Below the pieces are notes generated by a model that saw only the letters and a list, made by a program, of their open reading frames with translations, was not told the DNA's origin and made no database searches. From a virus, in IMG/VR virus record IMGVR_UViG_3300022700_000082, positions 1 through 55,311 of that record: 55,311 nucleotides of DNA; one strand, given 5' to 3'. Shown here piece after piece: positions 8,389 to 15,859 of the stretch. The position numbers and the translations under genes were made by a program. The stretch's first letter is position 1. Every line of letters starts with the position of its first letter.

Positions 8389-10694
8389 TGACACCCGTGG
8401 AATTTTTGCAGCGAGTTCACCCCGGACGACCGTGGATCCTGACTGCCATTCAGCCTAGCCAGAAGGGCATCGAGACGCGAGCCTTCCTGCCCGGCCAGGA
8501 GGCCGAGGCGGAGAAGTGGATCGCGGAAAACAACGGTAAACGGAACTTGTATTGGAGCTGCGCCGAGGTTATCAACCCCGAGGACAAGAAGGCCAGCATC
8601 GACAACGTCGCGGCTGTCCACTGGCTCCACGTCGACATCGACGCTGGGCCCGGCGACCTGCTCGCGGAACTCGACCGGATCAAGGCCCTCGTCACGACGG
8701 ACCTGCCGACCGGCGGCATCGATCCCACGGTCGTCGTCTACTCCGGTGGAGGCTACCAGGCCTTCTGGCAGCTGGAGGAACCGATCCAGGTCCTGGGGAA
8801 CGCGGACGTCGCGGCCGAGGTCGCCCGCTACAACAAGCAGCTGGAGCTGATCTTCGGCGGGGACTCCTGCCACAATGTCGACCGGATCATGCGGCTGCCG
8901 GGGACGATGAACATTCCAAACCAGAGGAAAGTCGCGAAGGGCCGGGTCCCGGTCGAGGCGGCCGTCGTCGAGTTCCGGGAGACGACCTACCCCCTCACCG
9001 CGTTCAGCCAGGCGGCCGACGTCGGCCGGACCGGCGACGCGGACGACGTACAGATCAGTGGGAACGTCCAGCGCCTCCTGTCGGTCGACGACCTCGACCA
9101 GTGGAACGTCCACGACCGGACGAAGGTCATCGTCGTCCAGGGAAACGACCCCGACGAGCCTGACCGCCATCCGTCCCGGTCGGAGTGGCTGTTCGACTGC
9201 GTCTGCAACCTGGTCCGCGCCGAGGTCCCGGACGAGACCATCTACTCCGTCCTGACTGACCCAGGCTTCAAAATCAGCGCCTCGGTCCTGGAGACCTCGA
9301 ACCCTGACCGCTACGCGAAGAAGCAGATCAAGTCCGCGAAGGAGGTCGCGGTCTCCGAGAACCTCCACATGCTGAACGCGAAGCACGCGGTCATCGGAAA
9401 CCTCGGCGGGAAGTGCCTGGTCATCGAGGAAGTCTACGACGAGATGATGCAGCGCGACCGGCTGGTCCGCCAGACCTTCTCGGCCTTCCGGGAACGCTAC
9501 ATGAACAAGTTCGAGACCGTGGCCGTCGGCGACAAGACGAAGCAGGTCGCGATCGGTGACTGGTGGCTGCGCCACCCGAAGCGCCGCGAGTACGATCGGC
9601 TGGTGTTCCAGCCTGGCCGGGACGTCCCCGGCGCCTATAACCTCTGGCGCGGCTTCGGCTGCAACGCCCTGCCTGGGTCGAACCACGAACGCTTCCTGAA
9701 GCATCTCCACGACACGGTCTGCCAGGGCGTCGAAGAGCACTACACCTACCTGGTAGGCTGGCTCGCGCGGGCGGTCCAGCATCCCGACCAGCCTGGGCAC
9801 ACCGCGATCGTCATGCGCGGACGCCAGGGCACCGGCAAGTCCTTCTTCGCGAAGCACTTCGGTCGGCTGTTCGGGCGGCACTTCCTGCACGTCTCGAACG
9901 CCAGCCACCTGGTCGGCAACTTCAACGGGCACCTGCGGGACGCGGTCGTCGTCTTCGGCGACGAGGCCTTCTATGCCGGCGACAAGCGCCACGAGTCTGT
10001 CCTGAAGACGCTGATCACCGAGGAGTCCCTGGTCATCGAGACGAAGGGCGTCGACGCCGAGGCGAGCCCAAACTACTGCCACCTGATCCTGGCATCGAAC
10101 TCGAACTGGGTCGTCCCCGTCGGGGCTGGCGATCGTCGCTACTTCGTCCTCGACGTCGGCGAGGAGTATGCTCGGAACGTCAGGCACTTCGGCGACATCG
10201 CGCGCGACCTGGAGAACGGCGGCTACGAGAACCTGCTCCACTTCCTGATGCACTACGACCTGACCGACTACAACGTCCAGGCGATCCCCGACACCGGCGC
10301 CCGCCGCGACCAGCACGAGGAGTCGCTCGCCCCGCATGAGGAGTGGTGGCTGTCCGTCCTGGAGGACGGCCTCCTGGGCGGCGTGGTCTGGGACCCCGAC
10401 CACGCGGAGATCGTCGTCCCGAACTCCCCCGTCTGGCAGTCCTATCAAACAGCGACGGAGAACACCCCCCTGGTCAGGAAGCTTTCGAATACGAAGCTGG
10501 GCAACTTCCTGAAGCGGATGCTGCCCGGCGACTACCCGAAGCGGAAGAAGATCCGCGTCGATGGACGACCGGAGAACGCGCGCGTCTTTCCGACCCTCGA
10601 CGTCGCCCGGAAGGAATGGGATCGGATCAGCGGAGCGCCTCGTCAGTGGCCCGATGTCTCCCTCATCGACCCCGACGACGACCTGCCCTTCTGA
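8385..10694 (+). CDS. primase-polymerase / SF3 (P4-D5-VirE type) helicase fusion
   Basis: N-terminal motifs HWLHVDIDAG, VVYSGGGYQAFW, DRIMRLPGTMN. Walker A GRQGTGKS and Walker B VVVFGDEA. The ORF's first ATG is 8346, but 8385 is preferred because of its ATGA overlap with the upstream stop and an AGGAG 8 nt upstream. Confidence 0.85.
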   Translation: MMTPVEFLQRVHPGRPWILTAIQPSQKGIETRAFLPGQEAEAEKWIAENNGKRNLYWSCAEVINPEDKKASIDNVAAVHWLHVDIDAGPGDLLAELDRIKALVTTDLPTGGIDPTVVVYSGGGYQAFWQLEEPIQVLGNADVAAEVARYNKQLELIFGGDSCHNVDRIMRLPGTMNIPNQRKVAKGRVPVEAAVVEFRETTYPLTAFSQAADVGRTGDADDVQISGNVQRLLSVDDLDQWNVHDRTKVIVVQGNDPDEPDRHPSRSEWLFDCVCNLVRAEVPDETIYSVLTDPGFKISASVLETSNPDRYAKKQIKSAKEVAVSENLHMLNAKHAVIGNLGGKCLVIEEVYDEMMQRDRLVRQTFSAFRERYMNKFETVAVGDKTKQVAIGDWWLRHPKRREYDRLVFQPGRDVPGAYNLWRGFGCNALPGSNHERFLKHLHDTVCQGVEEHYTYLVGWLARAVQHPDQPGHTAIVMRGRQGTGKSFFAKHFGRLFGRHFLHVSNASHLVGNFNGHLRDAVVVFGDEAFYAGDKRHESVLKTLITEESLVIETKGVDAEASPNYCHLILASNSNWVVPVGAGDRRYFVLDVGEEYARNVRHFGDIARDLENGGYENLLHFLMHYDLTDYNVQAIPDTGARRDQHEESLAPHEEWWLSVLEDGLLGGVVWDPDHAEIVVPNSPVWQSYQTATENTPLVRKLSNTKLGNFLKRMLPGDYPKRKKIRVDGRPENARVFPTLDVARKEWDRISGAPRQWPDVSLIDPDDDLPF

Positions 10695-10980
10695 TCCCGA
10701 GGTCCCAGGCGCGCCGGATTGCTGCTTTCCAGCCGCCTGGGGCCCAAAGAGTGAAATGTATATGTCGGCAGATGGAGGAAACAGAATGAAGACGACCACC
10801 TTGACACGTAAGGACGCGCGACGATGAGAGCCCTGCTGCTGATCACTTGGCCCCTTTCCGCCATCCTCGCGACGGTGGGCATCAAGGGGCCACTGACCAC
10901 CGTCCATGGGAGGATCGACAGATGAAGCTACCCGGCCGAAAGTCCGGCTACGCCTGCAAGATCGTCGTGGGCGACCGTCA

Positions 10981-11067
10981 TGGACCCGGAAGTGCATCCA
11001 GGTCGAGATCGAGGAGAAGTACTGCGAGGTGGCCGCATCCCGGCTGCTTCAGGATTACCTGTTCTAG
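10981..11067 (+). pseudogene. C-terminal remnant of a beta-class (N6A/N4C) DNA methyltransferase
   Basis: This frame reads WTRKCIQVEIEEKYCEVAASRLLQDYLF*, resembling the conserved C-terminus GR.fIGiEi..eYc.iA..Rl of such methylases. No DPPY or FxGxG motif was found upstream in any frame. Confidence 0.35.
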
Positions 11068-11079
11068 GAGGACCGACCG

Positions 11080-11802
11080 ATGAGAAAGTTCGACACCGGC
11101 GCGACGCGCGACACCGACGCGGGCAAGCTCGACTACGAGGGCTTCCTGTCGCCGGTAGTCCTGGAGCGCTTCGCCGAGTACATGCACAAGAACCGGATTC
11201 AGGCCGACGGGAAGCTGCGCGACTCCGACAACTGGCAGAAGGGGATCCCACGCGACGCCTTCATGAAGAGCGCCTGGCGCCACTTCATGGACTGGTGGAA
11301 GCAGCACCGACGCAGCGACGATCCCGGCCTGCTCCAGGACTCGATCTGCGCGCTGCTGTTCAACGCCTTGGGCTACCTGCACGAGGAGTTGAAGGCCATC
11401 GGCCCGCAGCCGACCGGCGGCGAGGACCGCCGGCTGGTGGGCGTGCCGGAGACCCCCGCAGACTATCCGGCCGAGGGCGTCTTCGTCGCCTACGCCCCGG
11501 AGGAGACCTACGGCCGCACGCCTGATGGCGAGGTCTTCCCGACCGCCGAGGCCCAGACCATCCCGACCGCCGAGCCCCAGCCCATCACCGTCGCGCAAGG
11601 TCGCGGCGAGGTTACCGCGACCTATGACGATGGCAACGTCCGCCGGTTCGTCGAGATCTTCGACGGCGAGGAGCTGGTGGACGACACCGCGAACCTTTAT
11701 GAGGCCGTCAGGAAGGCCGTTGTGTTGGCGCAGCTCTATGGCGTCGGCTTCGACCGCCTGGCAGACATCATGGAAAAAATCGCAGCAAAGGAGGGTCTGT
11801 AA
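11080..11802 (+). CDS. DUF5664 / dATP-dGTP diphosphohydrolase N-terminal-like domain protein
   Basis: RKFDTGATRDTDAGKLDYEGFLSPVVLERFAEYMHKNR...DSDNWQKGIPRDAFMKSAWRHFMDWW matches my memory of that family. A short PTAE(A/P)Q tandem repeat lies at nt ~11530-11590. AGGAGG SD upstream. Confidence 0.5.
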   Translation: MRKFDTGATRDTDAGKLDYEGFLSPVVLERFAEYMHKNRIQADGKLRDSDNWQKGIPRDAFMKSAWRHFMDWWKQHRRSDDPGLLQDSICALLFNALGYLHEELKAIGPQPTGGEDRRLVGVPETPADYPAEGVFVAYAPEETYGRTPDGEVFPTAEAQTIPTAEPQPITVAQGRGEVTATYDDGNVRRFVEIFDGEELVDDTANLYEAVRKAVVLAQLYGVGFDRLADIMEKIAAKEGL

Positions 11803-12188
11803 TGGGGTGCTCCTGCGTCTATATCCAGACAGGCGTTGGTGAAATTGCCACGTTCCATCACATCACCAACCCCATCGCGCGCGTCGAGCACACCTGCGAC
11901 GAGTGTGGTGGGACCATTAATCCCGGCGACCACTACGAGCGGTCCGTTGGAAAATGGGGCGACGACTTCAACACCTTCACGACCTGCCCCGTCTGCCTCG
12001 AAGTCCGCAATGCGTTCTTCTGTGGGGGCTACTATTACGGGATGATCTGGGAGGACCTCTGTCTGCACCTGCGCGAGCTGGATGGCACCGTTCCCGACTG
12101 CATCGCCGACATGACGCCGGCCGCTCGCGACAAGGTCTGCGAACAGATCGAAGACATCTGGGCATACACCGAGGAGGATGATTCATGA
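11802..12188 (+). CDS. Cys-rich hypothetical protein (128 aa)
   Basis: CDECGG...CPVC pairs and an acidic C-terminus. The start ATG shares 1 nt with the upstream TAA stop (TAATG). Confidence 0.6.
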   Translation: MGCSCVYIQTGVGEIATFHHITNPIARVEHTCDECGGTINPGDHYERSVGKWGDDFNTFTTCPVCLEVRNAFFCGGYYYGMIWEDLCLHLRELDGTVPDCIADMTPAARDKVCEQIEDIWAYTEEDDS

Positions 12189-12303
12189 GATACCCCAGTG
12201 AAGGCTGCCGGTCTGGGCCCAGGACTACATCGACATGCTGTAGCTCGACCGGATCACCACCGCCGCCATCCACCGGTTCAACGTCGAGGCGGGAGGTGAA
12301 GCA

Positions 12304-12714
12304 GTGAACCAGTATTGCCTAGAGTGTGGGTGTTGGCTCAAGCTGTACGACCACTATGAATGCAGGAACTGCCGGAACATCTACTCTCGGGAACATGTGA
12401 TCCAGGCCGATGATCCTATGGTGGCCCACGGAATCCGATGCGACACCTGCGAGGGAACCGGAACTGAGGAGCAAACGTTTGAGGAAGCGCACCCCTACGG
12501 AGACACCGTCGCCTACGAGATGCTGGTCGAGTTCGTCGACTGCGAGGAGTGCAGCGGGAAGGGCTACTTCCCGGACGAGAACAAGAAGGCCTGCGTGATC
12601 TGCGGCAGGGACATCCCCGACGGGACCGGCGTCCTGGTCAACGGCTGGCGCGTCCACGAGGACTTCGCGTGCTCGACCGACGAACCCCCGCACCTGGATG
12701 GCTGGGACGGATGA
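12304..12714 (+). CDS. DnaJ-type CxxCxGxG zinc-finger protein
   Basis: CDTCEGTG and CEECSGKG repeats plus additional CxxC pairs. GTG start preceded by GGGAGG. Confidence 0.6.
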   Translation: MNQYCLECGCWLKLYDHYECRNCRNIYSREHVIQADDPMVAHGIRCDTCEGTGTEEQTFEEAHPYGDTVAYEMLVEFVDCEECSGKGYFPDENKKACVICGRDIPDGTGVLVNGWRVHEDFACSTDEPPHLDGWDG

Positions 12715-12791
12715 AACTGGAACCCCTGCTCGGCATCGCGATCTGGCTCGCCATTGTCGGGACCTGGAACCTGTGGAAAAGGAGACGCTGA
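12711..12791 (+). CDS. 26-aa single-TM micropeptide (MKLEPLLGIAIWLAIVGTWNLWKRRR)
   Basis: ATGA overlap with the upstream stop, and its TGA shares 1 nt with the clpP-like ATG. Hydrophobic core with a basic tail. Confidence 0.4.
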   Translation: MKLEPLLGIAIWLAIVGTWNLWKRRR

Positions 12792-13360
12792 TGGCGACGA
12801 TCCGCCGAGACGATCATGACCGCTTCTTCGACTACGACATCCACGTCCCGAGCCGGACCCTGTTCGTCGGCGGAGAGGTCGACGCCGAACTGGCCGAGCG
12901 CCTGATCAAGGGGCTCCACCTGCTGACGGCCGCCGCGAAGGAGGGCCCGGTCCGGATCCTCCTGAACTCCCCCGGCGGCGACGTCTACGATGGGCTCGCA
13001 GCCTACGACGCGATCGCGACCTGTCCGGCCCACGTCACAGTCGTCGCCTTCGGGCACGCAATGTCGATGGGCTCCTGGATCATCCAGGCGGCCGACGAAC
13101 GGGTCCTGGCTCCGTCCTGCACGATGATGATCCACCACGGCTCCGGCGGGATCCACGACCGATACAAGTATGTCCAGGCCGAGGCGGCCGAACACGCTCG
13201 GATCGCGCGCCTGATGGAGCAGACCTACCTGCGCCGGATCAAGGAGAGGGACCCGACCTTCTCGGCCCGGCGCCTGAAGACGATGCTCGACACCGACACC
13301 TACCTGACCGCCGTCGAGGCGGTCGAGCTGGGCCTGGCCGACCGGGTCCTGGGGGACTAG
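12791..13360 (+). CDS. clpP: ClpP-like serine protease (S14 family)
   Basis: LNSPGGDVYDGLAAYD, catalytic Ser context GHAMSMGS, His context MMIHHG. Strong SD AAAGGAG before 12791. The ORF's first start at 12698 lacks an SD. Confidence 0.8.
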   Translation: MATIRRDDHDRFFDYDIHVPSRTLFVGGEVDAELAERLIKGLHLLTAAAKEGPVRILLNSPGGDVYDGLAAYDAIATCPAHVTVVAFGHAMSMGSWIIQAADERVLAPSCTMMIHHGSGGIHDRYKYVQAEAAEHARIARLMEQTYLRRIKERDPTFSARRLKTMLDTDTYLTAVEAVELGLADRVLGD

Positions 13361-13516
13361 ATGGACTGCCTGCTTGCGTACCTTCTCACCGGCGTCGCCC
13401 TCTCCTGGGCCGCCGACAGCTTCAACCCAATCCCTGTCTGGCAGCGCCTCGCGATCGTCGTGGCCTGGCTGCCAGTCGTGATCCTGATGGGAATCTTCGC
13501 GCGAAAGGAGCGATGA
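13361..13516 (+). CDS. 51-aa two-TM membrane protein (holin-like candidate)
   Basis: MDCLLAYLLTGVALSWAADSFNPIPVWQRLAIVVAWLPVVILMGIFARKER. Absent from the ORF track because it is under 60 aa. ATGA overlap with the endolysin start. Confidence 0.45.
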   Translation: MDCLLAYLLTGVALSWAADSFNPIPVWQRLAIVVAWLPVVILMGIFARKER

Positions 13517-13938
13517 TGGCAAAGGTCAGTGCCCGATCCCGCCTCAACCTCGACAGCGTCGACCCCGCCCTGGGGCAGGTCGTCCTGCAGGCCCTGCAGG
13601 CGGCGCCCCCCTGGCTGGACTTCGCGGTCATCTCCGGGCGGCGGACGCGGGAGGAGCAGCAGGCGCTCTGGCGTACAGGCCGGGACGCCTCCGGGATGAT
13701 CGTCGACACCGACGCGGTCGTCACATTCAAGGATGGGATCAATCTGCGGTCGCGGCACCAGTCCGGCCGCGCGGTCGACATCGTCGCCTACGTCGACGGC
13801 CAGATCAGCTGGGACCCCCGCGACAACGAGAAGTGCTCTGCCTACGTCATCGGCTACGCCGCCGCGCGCGGTATCAAGCTGACCGGCGGGATTGAATGGG
13901 GATGGGATCACGGTCACATCGAACTGGAGCAATCATGA
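13513..13938 (+). CDS. peptidase M15 (VanY / L-Ala-D-Glu peptidase type) endolysin
   Basis: SGRRTREEQ ... RSRHQSGRAVDI ... WDHGHIE matches the H-x6-D ... H zinc triad pattern; 141 aa. Confidence 0.8.
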   Translation: MMAKVSARSRLNLDSVDPALGQVVLQALQAAPPWLDFAVISGRRTREEQQALWRTGRDASGMIVDTDAVVTFKDGINLRSRHQSGRAVDIVAYVDGQISWDPRDNEKCSAYVIGYAAARGIKLTGGIEWGWDHGHIELEQS

Positions 13939-14330
13939 AGCAGCAGATCCTGGACTACATCTTCGACGCCCGCGACTGGGTCGACCAGCGCCGCTACTGG
14001 ATCGCAGCCGGGATCGTCCTGGTCCTCGCGCTCTCATGCCTGACCGCGATCCCGCAGGTGCCCGAGCTGGCTGTCCGGTCCCTCGGTCCGATCACCGTCG
14101 CCCAGTGGACCGACGTCCCTGGCGCCGTCGCCTACCAGCTGCAGGGCCGCGCGAACGGCGAGGACCCCTGGTGCTCCGTCGCGATCGTCTGGGATGGGCA
14201 CCAGCTCTCCTGGCCGTCGATCCCCGGCGCGATGGAGTACCGGATCCGCGCCTGGCGTGAGGACGGGCCCAGCCGCTGGTCGGCATCGGTCCTTGTCTTC
14301 CTACCCGACCGTGAAAGGCAGGACGCATGA
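13935..14330 (+). CDS. N-terminal TM anchor + fibronectin-III-like domain protein
   Basis: Start at MKQQILDY has an ATGA overlap with the endolysin stop. TM segment YWIAAGIVLVLALSCLTAI. The WTDVPGAVAYQLQGR...MEYRIRAWREDGPSRWS pattern is FN3-like. Confidence 0.5.
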   Translation: MKQQILDYIFDARDWVDQRRYWIAAGIVLVLALSCLTAIPQVPELAVRSLGPITVAQWTDVPGAVAYQLQGRANGEDPWCSVAIVWDGHQLSWPSIPGAMEYRIRAWREDGPSRWSASVLVFLPDRERQDA

Positions 14331-14557
14331 AGCTGCTCGTCGTGACGGACAACCTCGCCTACATCGGAGAGGAATCCGCGATGAATGGGACCGCGACGAC
14401 GCTGTCCCAGCCCGCGATCGTCCGGATGGTCCGGTCGGCCGATGCCATCGCATCGGTCGCCGCCCGGCGCCCGGCCGACGAGTTCCTGACGAAGATCGAC
14501 GGCCGCGTGATCATCCCCGATCGCCGCATCCGCGTCGTCGTCGAGTGCGCCTGGTAA
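14327..14557 (+). CDS. hypothetical protein (76 aa)
   Basis: ATGA-coupled ORF with no motif. Confidence 0.5.
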   Translation: MKLLVVTDNLAYIGEESAMNGTATTLSQPAIVRMVRSADAIASVAARRPADEFLTKIDGRVIIPDRRIRVVVECAW

Positions 14558-14647
14558 CAGCCCACGGCGACTGGGGACGCTCCTCTACATTTGGCTCGCG
14601 ACGCGCTGGGACATGGCCACAGAGATGTGCCGGATCTCGGGGCTGTA

Positions 14648-14821
14648 GGCACACTAATTGACACATGGCAGGATGCGCGAAATTCCGCCACTGATCGTGC
14701 ATACCACCAAGCCAGAAGGGACAACGGGGAATCCTCGGGAAGCATGCGGAGCCGTGAGGTATGGCACACGACTTGCTACTACATACATGTAAGCGCAAAC
14801 CAAACAGGAGGAACCAAGATG
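14648..14821 (+). repeat. copy A of a duplicated ~175-nt regulatory cassette (copy B at 15789..15965)
   Basis: Shared blocks: ggcacactaattgacNcatggcaggatgcgcgaaat, atcgtgcat, tggcacacNNNttgctacta, caaaccaaacNggaggNaacaagATGA. Roughly 70% identity by eye. Confidence 0.8.
14762..14777 (+). promoter_or_regulatory. sigma54 (RpoN) -24/-12 promoter
   Basis: TGGCACacgacTTGCT matches TGGCAC-N5-TTGCW with correct GG-N10-GC spacing. Intergenic, about 40 nt upstream of an SD (CAGGAGGA) and the ATG at 14819. Confidence 0.7.
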
Positions 14822-14935
14822 ACACGCAAGCAGACCCTCAGCCTCATCACCGCCGCCACAGCAGCCGCCATCGCGATGCCCTTGGTGATCAAGCTGGTCG
14901 GCCTGCTGACCGCCCTGAACACCCTGGCCAACTAA
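14819..14935 (+). CDS. 38-aa hydrophobic (membrane) peptide
   Basis: MTRKQTLSLITAATAAAIAMPLVIKLVGLLTALNTLAN. Strong SD. First ORF after the sigma54 promoter. Confidence 0.5.
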   Translation: MTRKQTLSLITAATAAAIAMPLVIKLVGLLTALNTLAN

Positions 14936-14946
14936 GGAGCACTACC

Positions 14947-15147
14947 ATGACGACCAAACAAGCACGCAAATTGGGCTACCTGATCAACCGAGGTGCTTAC
15001 TTTGGCACCACCGACGACCGTGCCGACCGCTGGTACATCGAGCGCATCGACGCAGACTGTGTTGACCGCTGCGGCCCAGGCTACAGGACACGTAGAGAGG
15101 CCCTGGACTGCATCGCGGACTTCGCCGCCCAAGAGGTACCCAAATGA
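14947..15147 (+). CDS. hypothetical protein (66 aa)
   Basis: AAGGAG SD upstream. Begins MTTKQARKLGYLINRG... Confidence 0.55.
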   Translation: MTTKQARKLGYLINRGAYFGTTDDRADRWYIERIDADCVDRCGPGYRTRREALDCIADFAAQEVPK

Positions 15148-15494
15148 GGCCAATCTCCCAGATCCGCCGCGACACAGACAACATGAAGAAAGAAGGTAGT
15201 AAGATGGGAATTGGAAAGTATTGCATCGTCCGCACGTATTGTGCTGGAGTGTTCGCTGGCGAGCTTATCAGCCGAAATGGAAAGGAGGGCGTGGTCGTCA
15301 ACGCCCGTCGGTTGTGGTTCTGGTCCGGTGCCGCGACGTTGAGCGAGCTTGCCCTGCGCGGCGTGGGGCGCCCCGAGAAATGCAAGTTCCCCGACGCGGT
15401 ACCCGAAGTCCTGCTGACGGAGATCATCGAGGTCATCGTCTGCACCGCCGATGCGCGGGCGAGTATTGAGGCGGTGCCACCATGGCGAGCATGA
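15144..15494 (+). CDS. conserved phage hypothetical protein (core starts MGIGKYCIVRTYCAGVFAGEL)
   Basis: The ATG at 15144 forms an ATGA overlap with the upstream stop. Alternative starts at 15184 or 15205. The KYCIVRT...ARRLWFWSGAATLSELA core resembles a recurrent phage family, from memory. Confidence 0.6.
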   Translation: MRPISQIRRDTDNMKKEGSKMGIGKYCIVRTYCAGVFAGELISRNGKEGVVVNARRLWFWSGAATLSELALRGVGRPEKCKFPDAVPEVLLTEIIEVIVCTADARASIEAVPPWRA

Positions 15495-15664
15495 TTGACG
15501 ACGGCGACGGCTACGGCACCGACTACGGCTCCGGCTCCGGCTCCGGCGACGGCTACGGCTACGGCTCCGGCGACGGCTCCGGCTACGGCGACGGCTACGG
15601 CTCCGGCTACGGCTCCGGCGACGGCTACGGCTCCGGCGACGGCGACGGCTCCGGCTACGGCTGA
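15482..15664 (+). CDS. (X-Gly)n low-complexity protein, X = Asp/Tyr/Ser/Thr (60 aa)
   Basis: MASMIDDGDGYGTDYGSGSGSGDGYGYGSGDGSGYGDGYGSGYGSGDGYGSGDGDGSGYG. Encoded by degenerate GGCTACGGCTCCGGCGAC tandem repeats (~15497-15661). The start overlaps the upstream gene by 13 nt. Confidence 0.45.
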   Translation: MASMIDDGDGYGTDYGSGSGSGDGYGYGSGDGSGYGDGYGSGYGSGDGYGSGDGDGSGYG

Positions 15665-15807
15665 CGAACGGGCGGGGCGGGCGTAGCGAACGGATGAACA
15701 ACCGCCAGGTGGTCGATTACTTCCTGCGCGAGGCCCGTGCCTGCGAACGGGAGCTGGAAATCCGGAAAACTGGCCGCGTGCTGACGGTGGCACACTAATT
15801 GACCCAT

Positions 15808-15850
15808 GGCAGGATGCGCGAAATCCGGCTCCCGTATCGTGCATCCTGCC
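15808..15850 (+). promoter_or_regulatory. perfect 10-bp dyad GGCAGGATGC-N23-GCATCCTGCC (candidate enhancer/UAS or RNA hairpin)
   Basis: The arms at 15808-15817 and 15841-15850 are exact reverse complements. In copy A (14667-14676 / 14699-14708), 7 of the 10 stem positions can still base-pair. Confidence 0.5.
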
Positions 15851-15859
15851 AATCCCGAA

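Noticed and set aside
8292-10997. Very long minus-strand ORFs, for example 8292..10997 (901 aa), 35782..37875 (697 aa), 46709..48109 (466 aa) and 54066..55208 (380 aa)
   Set aside because: Each lies antisense to a + strand gene with clear catalytic motifs. Their translations are Arg/Gly/Asp/Val-rich low-information sequence, typical of shadow ORFs in GC-rich DNA. No minus-strand gene in the window has a recognisable motif or SD.
10922-11083. An Arg/Ser-rich 53-aa ORF as a confident gene
   Set aside because: It is ATGA-coupled at both ends, but the sequence (…GPGSASRSRSRRSTARWPHPGCF…) looks like an out-of-frame reading of the methylase remnant. It is reported only within the decayed-locus finding.
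11080-11802. A 2-aminoadenine (Z-genome) system, implied by the dATP/dGTP-diphosphohydrolase-like domain
   Set aside because: No PurZ/adenylosuccinate-synthetase-like ORF, and no HD-domain DatZ-like ORF, is present anywhere in the window.
15694-15798. A 34-aa ORF (MNNRQVVDYFLREARACERELEIRKTGRVLTVAH) between the XG-repeat gene and cassette copy B
   Set aside because: Weak SD, no counterpart upstream of copy A, and it runs into the conserved regulatory block. The evidence is insufficient.
15788-15803. Upstream (T/A)GGCACactaaTTGAC sites (also 14647..14662) as functional sigma54 promoters or as TTGACA -35 boxes
   Set aside because: The near-invariant -12 GC is GA. As a sigma70 -35 box, the best -10 at 16-17 nt is only GAAATT/GAAATC. 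They are kept as a conserved element of the cassette, not called as promoters.
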